Assembly: GCA_963827275.1 (NCBI GenBank)
Contig: CAWHAA010000002.1
Location: 128,001 to 192,000, forward strand
DNA: 64,000 nt
Direction of reading: 5' to 3'
Source: an uncultured Spirochaetota bacterium
Lineage (GTDB): Bacteria > Spirochaetota > UBA4802 > UBA5550
Below, piece after piece: positions 13,075-22,769 of this stretch (position 1 is the stretch's first letter; each line of letters starts with the position of its first letter). Position numbers and translations under genes: made by a program. The notes below the pieces were generated by a model that saw nothing but the letters and a program-made list of their open reading frames with translations, did no database searches and was not told where the DNA came from.

Positions 13075-14219
13075 GACTCTACACGCTCAAGTTCCCGCTT
13101 CAAAAAATTTGTAATGTTTTTTTTCAGCGGATCGTAATCGAGAAGAAAGGTGTCATGTCCCATATCGGTCTCTATGTCGGTATACATGACATTTTTCCCG
13201 TTGGCGCGAAGGGCCTGCACGATCTCCTTTGACTGGGCGCTCGGGTAGAGCCAGTCCGAGGTAAAGCTGATGACAAGGAAGTTGGCCTTTACCTCGGCAA
13301 AGGCATTGTGGAGGCGGCCGTAGTCCTTTTTCAGGTCGAAGTAATCGATCGCCTTGGTGATGTAGAGATAGGAATTGGCGTCAAAGCGGTCGACAAACTT
13401 GGTCCCCTGGTAGTGGAGGTACGATTCAACCATGAAGACGTGCTTGAAGCTGGCGACCGAGAGGTCTTCTTCCTTGAACCGCCTGCCGAATTTCTCATGC
13501 ATGTGCTTTTCGCTGAGGTAGGTGATGTGGCCTATCATCCGGGCGAGGGAGAGTCCCGCGTCCGGGCCCTGCGAACCGTAGTAATTTCCGCTGTTCCAGT
13601 TGGGGTCGTTCATGATCGCCTGCCGCGCCACCTCGTTCAGGGCAATGCCCTGCGCGGAGAGGGACGCGGATGTCGCGATCGCGATGACCGAGCCGACCAT
13701 GTCAGGGTACAGGATGGACCATTTCAATGCCTGCATGCCGCCCATGGAGCCGCCGGCAATTGTCAGCACCCTCTCGATGCCCAGGTGCCTGAGCAGGTGC
13801 CACTGGGCGTTCACCATGTCCTGAATGGTCACCATGGGGAAGTCGAGGCCGAAGGGCTTTCCGGTCTCGGGATGTATCGATGACGGGCCGGTTGAGCCGC
13901 TGCACCCGCCGATAACATTTGAGCAGATGATGAAGTATTTATCGGTATCAAAGGGTTTGCCCGGCCCGATGTAGAGATCCCACCAGCCGGGGTGCTTGTC
14001 ATGGTCGGTATGGTACCCGGCGGCATGCGCGGAGCCGGAAAGGGCATGCTCTATCAGAATGGCGTTACTTTTTGTTTCGTTCAGCGTTCCGTATGTTTCG
14101 TAGGCAAGGGTGATCGGGCCCAGCGCTTTTCCCGACCTGAACGTCAATGTATCAAAGGTGTACTGACGGGGCGTTACGATCCCGACCGAATCATCCCGCC
14201 GTTGCTCACTCCGTTCCAT
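13071..14219 (-). CDS. metX: Homoserine O-acetyltransferase
   Basis: HALSG, GWW, GGSMGG nucleophile, RFDANSY, GHDTFL. Confidence 0.95.
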   Translation of the reverse strand: MERSEQRRDDSVGIVTPRQYTFDTLTFRSGKALGPITLAYETYGTLNETKSNAILIEHALSGSAHAAGYHTDHDKHPGWWDLYIGPGKPFDTDKYFIICSNVIGGCSGSTGPSSIHPETGKPFGLDFPMVTIQDMVNAQWHLLRHLGIERVLTIAGGSMGGMQALKWSILYPDMVGSVIAIATSASLSAQGIALNEVARQAIMNDPNWNSGNYYGSQGPDAGLSLARMIGHITYLSEKHMHEKFGRRFKEEDLSVASFKHVFMVESYLHYQGTKFVDRFDANSYLYITKAIDYFDLKKDYGRLHNAFAEVKANFLVISFTSDWLYPSAQSKEIVQALRANGKNVMYTDIETDMGHDTFLLDYDPLKKNITNFLKRELERVES

Positions 14220-14309
14220 AATCCTGCCAGATCATATAAATAGTGTCATGCGTAATCTCATGAAGAGCGGCGGGAATCCCGGCGGAAGCGGAGGAGGCGA
14301 ACTATGCAT

Positions 14310-14339
14310 AAAAAAACCGCGATACGAGATAGCGGTTTG
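14310..14339 (-). terminator. Expression-platform terminator of the SAM-I riboswitch
   Basis: Minus strand AAACCGCTATCTCGTATCGCGGTTTTTTT. Its 5' arm GCTATCTC is complementary to GAGATAGC at the 3' end of P1, giving an antiterminator. Confidence 0.85.
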
Positions 14340-14349
14340 GTCCCCTGCT

Positions 14350-14453
14350 ATCTCATCTTCCGGATACCTATCCGCTGGAATTGGCACCTCTTTCATCACT
14401 GAACGGTTGCCGTGGCTTCACAGGGCCAGTCCCTCCACCACTCTCGATAAGAT
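14350..14453 (-). ncRNA. SAM-I riboswitch (S-box) upstream of metX-metW
   Basis: Minus strand TCTTATCGAGAGTGGTGGAGGGACTGGCCCTGTGAAGCCACGGCAACC...GGTGCCAATTCCAG...GAAGATGAGA matches the SAM-I consensus. Confidence 0.95.
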
Positions 14454-14703
14454 AAACAATTTCTGATATCCGCATTCCCTGCCGGTGTCAATTAAAAAAA
14501 ATTAAAAAGAATAAAACTGGCCGGGTGAAGTCGCAAATCCCGCGACAGGGCAATACGGGCAAAGTATTTGGATTTATCCGTGACAATTTTTGTTGACATT
14601 AATGGACATAAAAATGATAAAGGTAGCCAATTGAATTTTTTTTGTACAAACCTGATACTTGGCATACCAAATTCGGCATTATATTAACGCAGGAGGGATT
14701 TGT

Positions 14704-16821
14704 ATGAAGTTTGCTGGATCGTATGGCGTCCCGCTTGAAGATATTTCAAGAGAATCTTTCTTCAATATCGGCGGCCCCCATGGTTTCATGCGGTGGGGAA
14801 TATACATATTCATGTTCATCGCCTTCTTCTATCTTGCATACACGGTCGTACAACGGGTGCTGATATGGAGAAAGGGAAAGGGAGAATTACGGACGGATTT
14901 CCCGGAAAAGAGGATCCTGGCCGTCTTCAAATATGTGATTCTGCAGGCGAAAATATTACGGGAATCGTTTGCCGGCATCATGCACGCAGCGCTCTTCTTC
15001 GGATTCGCCGCGCTGTTCATCGTTACCCTGATCATCATGGCCCAGGACGACTTTTTCGAGTTGTTTTTCCACTGGCGCTTTATCACCGGTAACTTCTACC
15101 TTGTCTGGTCGCTGGTCGCAGATCTGGCCGGGGCGGTGGTCCTCATCGGGGTCTCCATGGCTACCTATCGGCGGTACATTACCAAGCCGACCCGGCTTGA
15201 CACCAAACCGATAGACACCTTCGCGCTGGTGCTTATATTCATTATCGTTGTAACGGGCTTCACCAGTGAAGCGATGCGCATCGCGATATCCGATTTCCCC
15301 GCGTGGGAAGTATGGTCGCCGTTCGGCTATGTTCTCGCCTATCCTTTCTCGCTCTTCGGCGAGCCGGCCCTCAGGGTGATGCACCAGTTCAGCTGGTGGA
15401 TCCACATGATCGGCGCGTTCGTGTTCATCGGCCTGATCGGCTCCGACAAGCTCGGGCACGTCGTGATATCGTCCCTCAACGTGTATTACATGAATCTTGA
15501 CAACGAGAAGCCTGCAACGAAATATGCGCTCAATGTCATTGATCCCGCGGTCTTCGAAGTGGCTGAAAGCTTCGGCGTTTCCAAGGTTGAGGAATATACC
15601 TGGAAACAGCTCATGGACAGCGACGCCTGCACACGGTGCGGCCGCTGCCAGGACAACTGCCCGGCGTGGCTGACCGAAAAGCCGCTGTCGCCGAAAAAGC
15701 TGGTCAATGACATCAAGGCGAACATGGACGAGCGGATCCCGAAGCTTCGGCTCGCGGAAGATCCTGCCACCGTGGAGACCACCCCCCTTATTGAAGGCTC
15801 TGTCAAGGCTGACGAGTTCTGGTCCTGCACCAACTGCTCCGCCTGCATGGAGGCCTGCCCGGTGAACATCGAGCACGTCCAGAAGATGATCGATATGCGG
15901 CGCTACAAGGTGCTCATGGAGGGCGACATGGCCCCCGAGCTCCAGACCTCATTCGTTAACCTGGAAAGTAATTTCAACCCGTACGGATTCGCCTTCGGCG
16001 AGCGCGGGGCATGGCTGCCGGCAGATATCGGCGTGAAGACCATGGCCGAGGATCCCGATGTCGAGTACCTCTATTTCGTCGGATCACCTGCTTCCTACGA
16101 CAAGCGGAACCAGAAAGTCGCGACCGCGTTTCTGAAGATCATGCAGAAGGCGGGCGTTAAAGTCGGCATACTCGGCGCCGAAGAAGCTGATTCCGGCGAC
16201 GCGGCGCTGCGGGGCGGTAACGAATACCTCTTCCACGCCCTGGTCACCCAGAACCTGGAAAGCTTCAAAAACTATAACGTGAAGAAGATCATCTGCACCT
16301 GCCCACACGACTATAACGTGATAAAGAAGGAATACAAGAAGTTCGCCAAGGTGGGTAAAAACGCCGAGGGCGGGCCGCTTGAAGCCAATTACGAAGTCTT
16401 CCACCACACCCAGATCATTAACGAGCTCGTCAAGAGCGGGAAGATCAAGCTGGTGAACCCGCTTAACGAGACCGTGACCTATCACGACTCCTGCTTCCTG
16501 GGGCGGTACAACGAAATATATGACGAGCCGCGGGAGATACTCAAGGCGATACCGGGCGTGAATTTCGTGGAGATGAGCAGGAACCACCAGACGAGCTTCT
16601 GCTGCGGCGCCGGCGGCGCGCGCATGTTCATCGAGGAGCACCTCGGGACCCGCATCAACCAGTTCCGGACAAAGGATGCACAGTCAACCGGCGCGACGAA
16701 GGTCTGCACCGCGTGCCCGTTCTGCATGACCATGCTGTCCGACGGTATTACCGAGCTGGATATCCAGAATATGCAGAATTTCGATATCGCTGAATATGTG
16801 TATAACGCGATGGAGAAATAA
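14704..16821 (+). CDS. Membrane Fe-S oxidoreductase, HdrF/FadF-like (NarI-like membrane domain + 2x[4Fe-4S] + CCG domains)
   Basis: TM region with His residues, CTRCGRCQDNCP, CTNCSACMEACP, YHDSC...CCGAGG...CPFC. GGAGG RBS. Confidence 0.9.
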   Translation: MKFAGSYGVPLEDISRESFFNIGGPHGFMRWGIYIFMFIAFFYLAYTVVQRVLIWRKGKGELRTDFPEKRILAVFKYVILQAKILRESFAGIMHAALFFGFAALFIVTLIIMAQDDFFELFFHWRFITGNFYLVWSLVADLAGAVVLIGVSMATYRRYITKPTRLDTKPIDTFALVLIFIIVVTGFTSEAMRIAISDFPAWEVWSPFGYVLAYPFSLFGEPALRVMHQFSWWIHMIGAFVFIGLIGSDKLGHVVISSLNVYYMNLDNEKPATKYALNVIDPAVFEVAESFGVSKVEEYTWKQLMDSDACTRCGRCQDNCPAWLTEKPLSPKKLVNDIKANMDERIPKLRLAEDPATVETTPLIEGSVKADEFWSCTNCSACMEACPVNIEHVQKMIDMRRYKVLMEGDMAPELQTSFVNLESNFNPYGFAFGERGAWLPADIGVKTMAEDPDVEYLYFVGSPASYDKRNQKVATAFLKIMQKAGVKVGILGAEEADSGDAALRGGNEYLFHALVTQNLESFKNYNVKKIICTCPHDYNVIKKEYKKFAKVGKNAEGGPLEANYEVFHHTQIINELVKSGKIKLVNPLNETVTYHDSCFLGRYNEIYDEPREILKAIPGVNFVEMSRNHQTSFCCGAGGARMFIEEHLGTRINQFRTKDAQSTGATKVCTACPFCMTMLSDGITELDIQNMQNFDIAEYVYNAMEK

Positions 16822-16858
16822 CCGGCAGTATCAGAACTTTACTATAGAAGAAAACAGG

Positions 16859-16890
16859 AGAGCCGTGCATCACGCACGGCTCTTTTTTTT
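16859..16890 (+). terminator. Rho-independent terminator
   Basis: AGAGCCGTGC-ATCAC-GCACGGCTCT followed by a T run. Confidence 0.88.
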
Positions 16891-16949
16891 GCCGGGGACA
16901 GCGGGAAATTCCCTTCATACCCGCCGCCGGGCTTGGCGCCCGGGCCGGC

Positions 16950-18476
16950 CTACTGCTTTCTGAACCTGTTATAGAGATATATCAGCAGGAAGACCGCGCC
17001 GAACAGGAGATACCCGGGTGTGACATGGCCCCCCATGCCGATGCCGATCTCATGCGAATGGATCAGGCCGAAATACGAGAAGATGACCAGGGGCAGCGTC
17101 CAGAGAAAAGCTTTCAGGAAGTCCTTCTCGATGCAGCAGACAGCCACGGCAGAGAGGAACATGGCTGAAAAGAGCGCGCCTTCGGGGAACACGATGATTC
17201 CTTTTAGCTGGGGCAGCGCCTGCGCGATAATTCCGTTGATCTCGCCGGTCGTATAGCTCCCGGTGCTGCCGATATACTGGCGCAGGAGGCCCAGGCCCCA
17301 GGACGCTATGGCGGGCATGAGGCCGATTGCGACAGCGGGAGCGTGCGACTTCGGGGTCGACTGGAAGGCCTGGGCGGTAATGATGACGCCGATCCAGAGC
17401 AATATCGGGAACCCGGCTTCGAGCGGGACCGCCGCGACGATGACGCTCATGAGCCCGGTGAAGCAGATGATGGTGATAACGGCGCCGTTGATGATCGAAT
17501 ACCCTGATCGGGCCCCCAGCCCTTTCCAGCCGGGGTGTCCGATATAGACGGTTGTGGGGAAGGGTGATCCGAATAAGGCCCCCACAATGGTTCCGATCCC
17601 GTTCATCGCAAGCGTCGGCATCGCGGGATAGGTGTCGCCCGCCGCGGAGGCGGACTCGATGTTCTGGAGCGTGCCGAAAAAAGCCAGGACCCCCATCGGG
17701 ACGGATATTGAGAGGTATGGCAGAATCTCACTGATGTTCACGCTCGTGATGACGTCCAGGAACACAAAGCCAGGGAGGTTGAACGTCACCTGCCGTGTCG
17801 ACTCGACGAGCCTGCCGGCATCCATGGCCCCCGAGGACCATGCCAGTATCGATCCGATCACGAGCGCGTACAGCCCGGCGGGGATCCTGAACGGGAGCTT
17901 TACCCGGGAGAAATATTCGGCCATGATCAGCGCGAGGGGGATGAAGGCGATGATAGGCCTGTCCCATATCTTGATCGTCTGGTCGAGCGCGATGAAGGTG
18001 ATGGCGATGCCGGCAAGTGTTGACAGGAGCGCGGCACGCGGGGTCATTTTCCTGATCCGGTCGCCGACGAACGCGCCGATGCCTTCAAAGAACCCGCTGA
18101 TGAAGCAGCTGATGACACCGACCTTCCAGGCGAAATCAGCGTTGTTCGTCCTCAGGTAGATCGGGGCGATGATGAGGGAAAAAAAGGCGAAGAGGCTCAC
18201 CGTGTTGATGCCGTAGGGCAGAGCGGTGACATCCGAGCGCCCCTCTTTTTTCGCAAGCCGGTGCGCCTGCCATGAGTAAAAGATATTCCCGGCCAGTACC
18301 GCCGCGGCGGTGCCGGGGAGCATTTTTGAGAACACAAGGCCCGCCGGCATACCGATGGCCAGGGAGAGGCCTGTTATGATGAGAAGATTTGTCAGGTTGT
18401 CGATGAAGAGCCCTATAAACCCGTCGAAGTCCCCCTTGACAAAGAGGGGATACAAAGCGCGGCCGTTTGTTTTCAT
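16950..18476 (-). CDS. NCS2/AzgA-like nucleobase permease
   Basis: Polytopic membrane protein with GDFDGFIGLFIDN, TALPYGINT, ESASAAGD, YIGHPGWK. Confidence 0.82.
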   Translation of the reverse strand: MKTNGRALYPLFVKGDFDGFIGLFIDNLTNLLIITGLSLAIGMPAGLVFSKMLPGTAAAVLAGNIFYSWQAHRLAKKEGRSDVTALPYGINTVSLFAFFSLIIAPIYLRTNNADFAWKVGVISCFISGFFEGIGAFVGDRIRKMTPRAALLSTLAGIAITFIALDQTIKIWDRPIIAFIPLALIMAEYFSRVKLPFRIPAGLYALVIGSILAWSSGAMDAGRLVESTRQVTFNLPGFVFLDVITSVNISEILPYLSISVPMGVLAFFGTLQNIESASAAGDTYPAMPTLAMNGIGTIVGALFGSPFPTTVYIGHPGWKGLGARSGYSIINGAVITIICFTGLMSVIVAAVPLEAGFPILLWIGVIITAQAFQSTPKSHAPAVAIGLMPAIASWGLGLLRQYIGSTGSYTTGEINGIIAQALPQLKGIIVFPEGALFSAMFLSAVAVCCIEKDFLKAFLWTLPLVIFSYFGLIHSHEIGIGMGGHVTPGYLLFGAVFLLIYLYNRFRKQ

Positions 18477-18544
18477 ATCATGCACCTGGTAGCGTCGTAT
18501 TTGTGGCGCGGCGCCGGGTGTGGAACACGCCGGCCGCCGTGCGG

Positions 18545-19381
18545 TTATTTCATCAACCTGCGCAGTGTCGCAAGGTTCATCCTGTCCCATTCATCGTCAT
18601 TGAACTTGGGTGTTTCAAGGATCATCGGGACGTCCGCAAGCCGCCTGTCATGGAGCAGGAGCCTGAAACCGCCCCTCCCGATCTGCCCTTTGCCGATATG
18701 CTCGTGCCGGTCAACCCTGCTGCCGCATTCCCGTTTCGAGTCGTTCAGGTGAATGAGCTTGAGCCGCTCCAGGCCGATTATCGCGTCGAAATCGGCAATG
18801 ACCGCATCGTAGCGTTCTTGTGACGAAATGTCATACCCCGCCGCGAAAATGTGGCAGGTATCGAGACACACGCCGATGCGTCCCGGGAATGAAGATGCCG
18901 TAATGATCGCGGCAAGCTGTTCAAAGCGGTGCCCTATCGATGAGCCCTGCCCCGCCGTCGTCTCCAGCAGTATGCTCGTCTTCCCCGTTCGTTCCAGCAC
19001 GCGGTCAAGGGAATCAGCAACACGCCGAATCCCTTCCTCGAGGCCGCGCGCGCCGTGGCTGCCGGGGTGCACCACAACATAGTCTATTCCCATCAGTTCG
19101 GCCCTGATTAATTCATCGGCCATCGCCGTAAGCGATTTTGCATGCACGTCCCCGGTCCCTGCAAGGTTGATCAGGTAGCCGGCATGCGCGTAGGGAATGA
19201 TCTCCGGATGGGAGCCCGCCGTTCGCCTGAATGCCGCTATTTCTTCCCCCGTATAGGGCCGCGCCTCCCACCTGTTTGAATTTTTCAGGAAGACCTGCAC
19301 AGCCTGGACCCTGAGGGCGTGCGCTTTTTCTATTGCGCGGTGCATTCCCCCGGCAATGGAGAGATGTATGCCTATTCTCAT
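18545..19381 (-). CDS. nfo: Endonuclease IV
   Basis: GIHLSIAGG, HAGYLINL, HPGS, LLETTAGQG, CLDTCH, HLNDS, DRHEHIG, ETP. Confidence 0.95.
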   Translation of the reverse strand: MRIGIHLSIAGGMHRAIEKAHALRVQAVQVFLKNSNRWEARPYTGEEIAAFRRTAGSHPEIIPYAHAGYLINLAGTGDVHAKSLTAMADELIRAELMGIDYVVVHPGSHGARGLEEGIRRVADSLDRVLERTGKTSILLETTAGQGSSIGHRFEQLAAIITASSFPGRIGVCLDTCHIFAAGYDISSQERYDAVIADFDAIIGLERLKLIHLNDSKRECGSRVDRHEHIGKGQIGRGGFRLLLHDRRLADVPMILETPKFNDDEWDRMNLATLRRLMK

Positions 19382-19415
19382 AGGGACCGGTGTTGCCCTG
19401 TGGCCGACGTGTGCA

Positions 19416-19694
19416 TTACGGTCGGGAATTTTTCAGACGTTCGATTACATTTTCCGCGGAAAGTCCGCGTATGGCGATCCTCTTTTTTTTTCCTTTTTCT
19501 CCCGATATAATCGCCATGCTGGATTTCGGTATCCGGAGTCGCTTTGAAAAGAGGGCGATTATTTCACCGTTCGCCTTCCCATCGACCGGCGGTGCGTTGC
19601 AATAGACTTTAACCCTGTTCTGGTCGTCGATCGTAATGGTGCTTCTGGAGGATTTCGGTGAAACGGTTATATCTATAATGGATTCTGGCGTCAT
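19416..19694 (-). CDS. DUF167/YggU family protein
   Basis: V.PKS...APPVDGKAN motif. Confidence 0.88.
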   Translation of the reverse strand: MTPESIIDITVSPKSSRSTITIDDQNRVKVYCNAPPVDGKANGEIIALFSKRLRIPKSSMAIISGEKGKKKRIAIRGLSAENVIERLKNSRP

Positions 19695-19757
19695 GGGACT
19701 ACGGGGTGCCGCTTCTTATGATCCAGGGAGCAAGAGCGAGGCGGCCTGAAAAGAAAA

Positions 19758-20090
19758 TTATTTAAGGCTCGCGATCGCTTCATCGACGGTTTTGAAGAGC
19801 TTTATGACCGAGGTGACCTTGGTCAGATCGAGCACCTTCTTGACTTCATCGTTGGCGGCCGCAAGGCGCAATTGCGATTTAAGGCTCTGGTTGATATTCA
19901 GGAAAATTCCTATGCCGGAGCTTGTTATCATCTTGACATCGGTAAGATCTACGACCATCTTTTTAACACCTTTGTCGATTATTGTTTCCTGAAGCTTTTC
20001 CTTGAGATCGGGGACGTCCAGCGTGTGGACTTCTTTCATGACGATCTTGATAACGACTACGCCTTCGTTTTTATCCACAACTTCTATCAT
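19758..20090 (-). CDS. STAS-domain anti-sigma-factor antagonist
   Basis: 110 aa with VDLTDVKMITSSGIG phospho-Ser motif. GGAG RBS. Confidence 0.88.
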   Translation of the reverse strand: MIEVVDKNEGVVVIKIVMKEVHTLDVPDLKEKLQETIIDKGVKKMVVDLTDVKMITSSGIGIFLNINQSLKSQLRLAAANDEVKKVLDLTKVTSVIKLFKTVDEAIASLK

Positions 20091-20386
20091 AATAGACTCC
20101 AGTTGAATATGATCATTTAAAGGATTGATAAGTAATTTTTAAAAGTCAACAAATTTTTGCATTATCAGTGCGCTATATCCAATAATCGTCCCGTTCTCCT
20201 GACAACATGGATACATTTGTGACATAATTACAATAATCAGGGCAGGGAAGTGGAGGTGATTATTATAAGCTTGACTAAAATTACAATATTTGTATAAAGA
20301 TTCCGATGTTGGCGTCACAATGATTGTCGCTGCGCGAGCCGCCCGGCTGTAGGATCAGAGCGGCAATAAAATGGTACATGATATTC

Positions 20387-20857
20387 ATGGAATTAACTGA
20401 TAATCTGAAAAAGAATAATATACTCCTTAAGGCCCGATCATCAAACCGGTGGGAGCTGATTAGCGAGATGGTTGACCTGGCAGTAAAAAACAGGGACATT
20501 GATCAATCGGAAAGCGTTGAGATAAAAAAAGCCCTCATAGATCGGGAAAAATCCATGAGCACGGGCATCGGGAACGGCGTGGCCATCCCGCACTGCACCA
20601 CCCAGAAGGTGCAGGATATTGTCTTTGTCATGGCGCTCGTCCCGAAGGGAATGGACTTTGATTCAATCGATAATCAACCGGTCACCATCGTCATCCTGCT
20701 CCTGGTTCCCTCGAACAAACTCACACAGCATATCAAGACGCTCGCCAATATCGCAAAGCTGATGAGCAATGGCGATCTTCGCGGCAGGCTGACGGCCGCA
20801 AAGACACCGGAAGCCATTATCAAGATAATGAAGGAATTCGAGGAGTTGAAGAAATAG
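20387..20857 (+). CDS. PTS IIA component (Ntr/fructose family)
   Basis: RE..MSTGIGNGVAIPH with the phospho-His, DFDSIDNQPV. Confidence 0.92.
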   Translation: MELTDNLKKNNILLKARSSNRWELISEMVDLAVKNRDIDQSESVEIKKALIDREKSMSTGIGNGVAIPHCTTQKVQDIVFVMALVPKGMDFDSIDNQPVTIVILLLVPSNKLTQHIKTLANIAKLMSNGDLRGRLTAAKTPEAIIKIMKEFEELKK

Positions 20858-20902
20858 CCGGCGCCCGCAGCGCCGGGATAATCGGCGGGAACAGACGATC
20901 CG

Positions 20903-21949
20903 ATGGAAGATGAAAAAATAACCTGCACCGACAAGATACTGAACGAACAGGAAGAGGAACGCTCCCTGCGGCCGTCGCGCTTTGATGAGTTCATTGGCCA
21001 GAAAAAGAACACCGAAAACCTGAAAATATTCATCAAGTCGGCCAAGATGAGGGACGTCCCCCTCGATCACGTGCTGCTTGCGGGTCCCCCGGGTCTTGGC
21101 AAAACCACGTTGGCGCTGATCATCGCCAGGGAACTGGGTGTAAATATCAAGGCAACCTCGGCGCCGGTGATAGACAAGGCCGGAGACCTGGCTTCCATTC
21201 TTACCGCGCTTGAGGACAACGATGTCTTGTTCATCGATGAAATACACCGGCTCTCGCCGGCGATTGAAGAGATACTCTATCCGGCGCTTGAAGATCGCTC
21301 CCTTGACATCGTCATCGGCCAGGGGATCGGTGCCCGGAGCATCAAGCTCAACCTCAAGCCCTTCACGCTCATCGGCGCCACCACGCGGACGGGGCTCCTC
21401 ACCTCGGCGCTGCGCGATCGTTTCGGGATCAACATGCGGCTTGAATACTACACCATCGAGGAGCTGCGCGAAATCGCCCTCAGGACCGCCTCGATTCTGC
21501 ACTGTGCCATTGATGGTGACGCAGCGCTTGAAATAGCGAAACGGTCCCGGCGGACCCCGCGAATAGTGAACAGAATTCTAAAGCGGGTATCGGATTTCGC
21601 GACCGTGGGCGGCCTGAAAAAAATCGATCTGAAGATAACCAGGTACGCGCTCGAAAAACTCGAAATTGACGATCTCGGTCTTGATGAGATGGACCGGAGG
21701 TTCCTGTCGACGATCATCGCCAAGTATGCCGGCGGCCCGGTAGGGATCAAGACGATTGCCATTTCAATCGGCGAGGAGATTGACACGCTGGAAGACTACT
21801 ATGAGCCGTTCCTCGTCCAGAGCGGCCTCATCAAGCGGACACCGAGGGGCCGGGTCGCCACGCCGCTTGCGTACCAGCACCTGGGCCTCAACTGCGCCGC
21901 TCCCGAGCAGGACGCCGTGCAGGAACGCCTGTTTGACGGCGATGAGTAA
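20903..21949 (+). CDS. ruvB: Holliday junction branch migration helicase RuvB
   Basis: LRP, GPPGLGKTTLA, FIDEIHRL, GATTR, RTPRGR. Confidence 0.97.
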   Translation: MEDEKITCTDKILNEQEEERSLRPSRFDEFIGQKKNTENLKIFIKSAKMRDVPLDHVLLAGPPGLGKTTLALIIARELGVNIKATSAPVIDKAGDLASILTALEDNDVLFIDEIHRLSPAIEEILYPALEDRSLDIVIGQGIGARSIKLNLKPFTLIGATTRTGLLTSALRDRFGINMRLEYYTIEELREIALRTASILHCAIDGDAALEIAKRSRRTPRIVNRILKRVSDFATVGGLKKIDLKITRYALEKLEIDDLGLDEMDRRFLSTIIAKYAGGPVGIKTIAISIGEEIDTLEDYYEPFLVQSGLIKRTPRGRVATPLAYQHLGLNCAAPEQDAVQERLFDGDE

Positions 21950-22056
21950 CCCGCCGGGGTTACGCGGCAAAACCTCCCGTCTCGGGCTTCACGTTCAAAT
22001 AATTCCTTGATTTTTTGCTTCTCCCTTCCGAAAATAAATCCGAGTAGATACCGGCA

Positions 22057-22716
22057 ATGAGGAATGTCATGAAAAAATATATGTTTTCTATACTGCTGCT
22101 GTGGCTGGCGCCGTGTGTTACCATGGCTCAGTCAACTCCCGGCGCAGAGAAACCGAAGGTCAGTACGAACATACCCTCCGTATCACAGTACAGCGACAAC
22201 TTCGTAATCAAAAACGTATTTTTTAACCGGCGCATTGATACGGGACTCAAAGGGGAATTCCTTGAAGTAGAATTTTTAATTGAAAACAAAACCGATGATC
22301 CAATGGACCTCTACATTTTTGTCATTGCAACCTATGAGAATGTTGAAAGGACAAAATCAAGCTTTGAACGGCCGGTCCCGCAGCGGGAACGGATCAGGAC
22401 ATTCGTTCCCTATCCCGACGATATATCGAATTTCTCCTACCCGGACACCGATGAAAAGGGAAATGTCAGGAAGGACAACAACGGACGGGAAATCGTAAAG
22501 CTTGTAAAATTCCCTAAAAACCCGAAAGCGGGCGTTGATCCGAAGACAGGCAAGCCGTACCACCTCGTTGACAAATTGCAGATCTATACAATGCACCTGA
22601 GCAAGTACCGGCAAAATTATTTCTTTTATAATAACATCGCGATCCTTGTCTTTGACGAGGAGGGGAAACCGGTGTTCAGGCAGTTATACGAGATCAAGGG
22701 AAAGAGAAACAGATGA
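22057..22716 (+). CDS. Exported hypothetical protein
   Basis: Long ORF with a signal peptide (..APCVTMA-Q). No family recognised. Confidence 0.7.
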   Translation: MRNVMKKYMFSILLLWLAPCVTMAQSTPGAEKPKVSTNIPSVSQYSDNFVIKNVFFNRRIDTGLKGEFLEVEFLIENKTDDPMDLYIFVIATYENVERTKSSFERPVPQRERIRTFVPYPDDISNFSYPDTDEKGNVRKDNNGREIVKLVKFPKNPKAGVDPKTGKPYHLVDKLQIYTMHLSKYRQNYFFYNNIAILVFDEEGKPVFRQLYEIKGKRNR

Positions 22717-22740
22717 TAAACTGAATAACTGATAATGAAT

Positions 22741-22769
22741 AAAACCCTCTTGATTTAGAGGGTTTTTTT
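22741..22769. terminator. Bidirectional terminator between convergent genes
   Basis: AAAACCCTCT-TGATTT-AGAGGGTTTTTT. Confidence 0.85.

Noticed and set aside
20217..20233. TTGTGACATAATTACAA as a third Rex box
   Set aside because: 17 bp with the wrong half-site spacing relative to the 18-bp Rex consensus.
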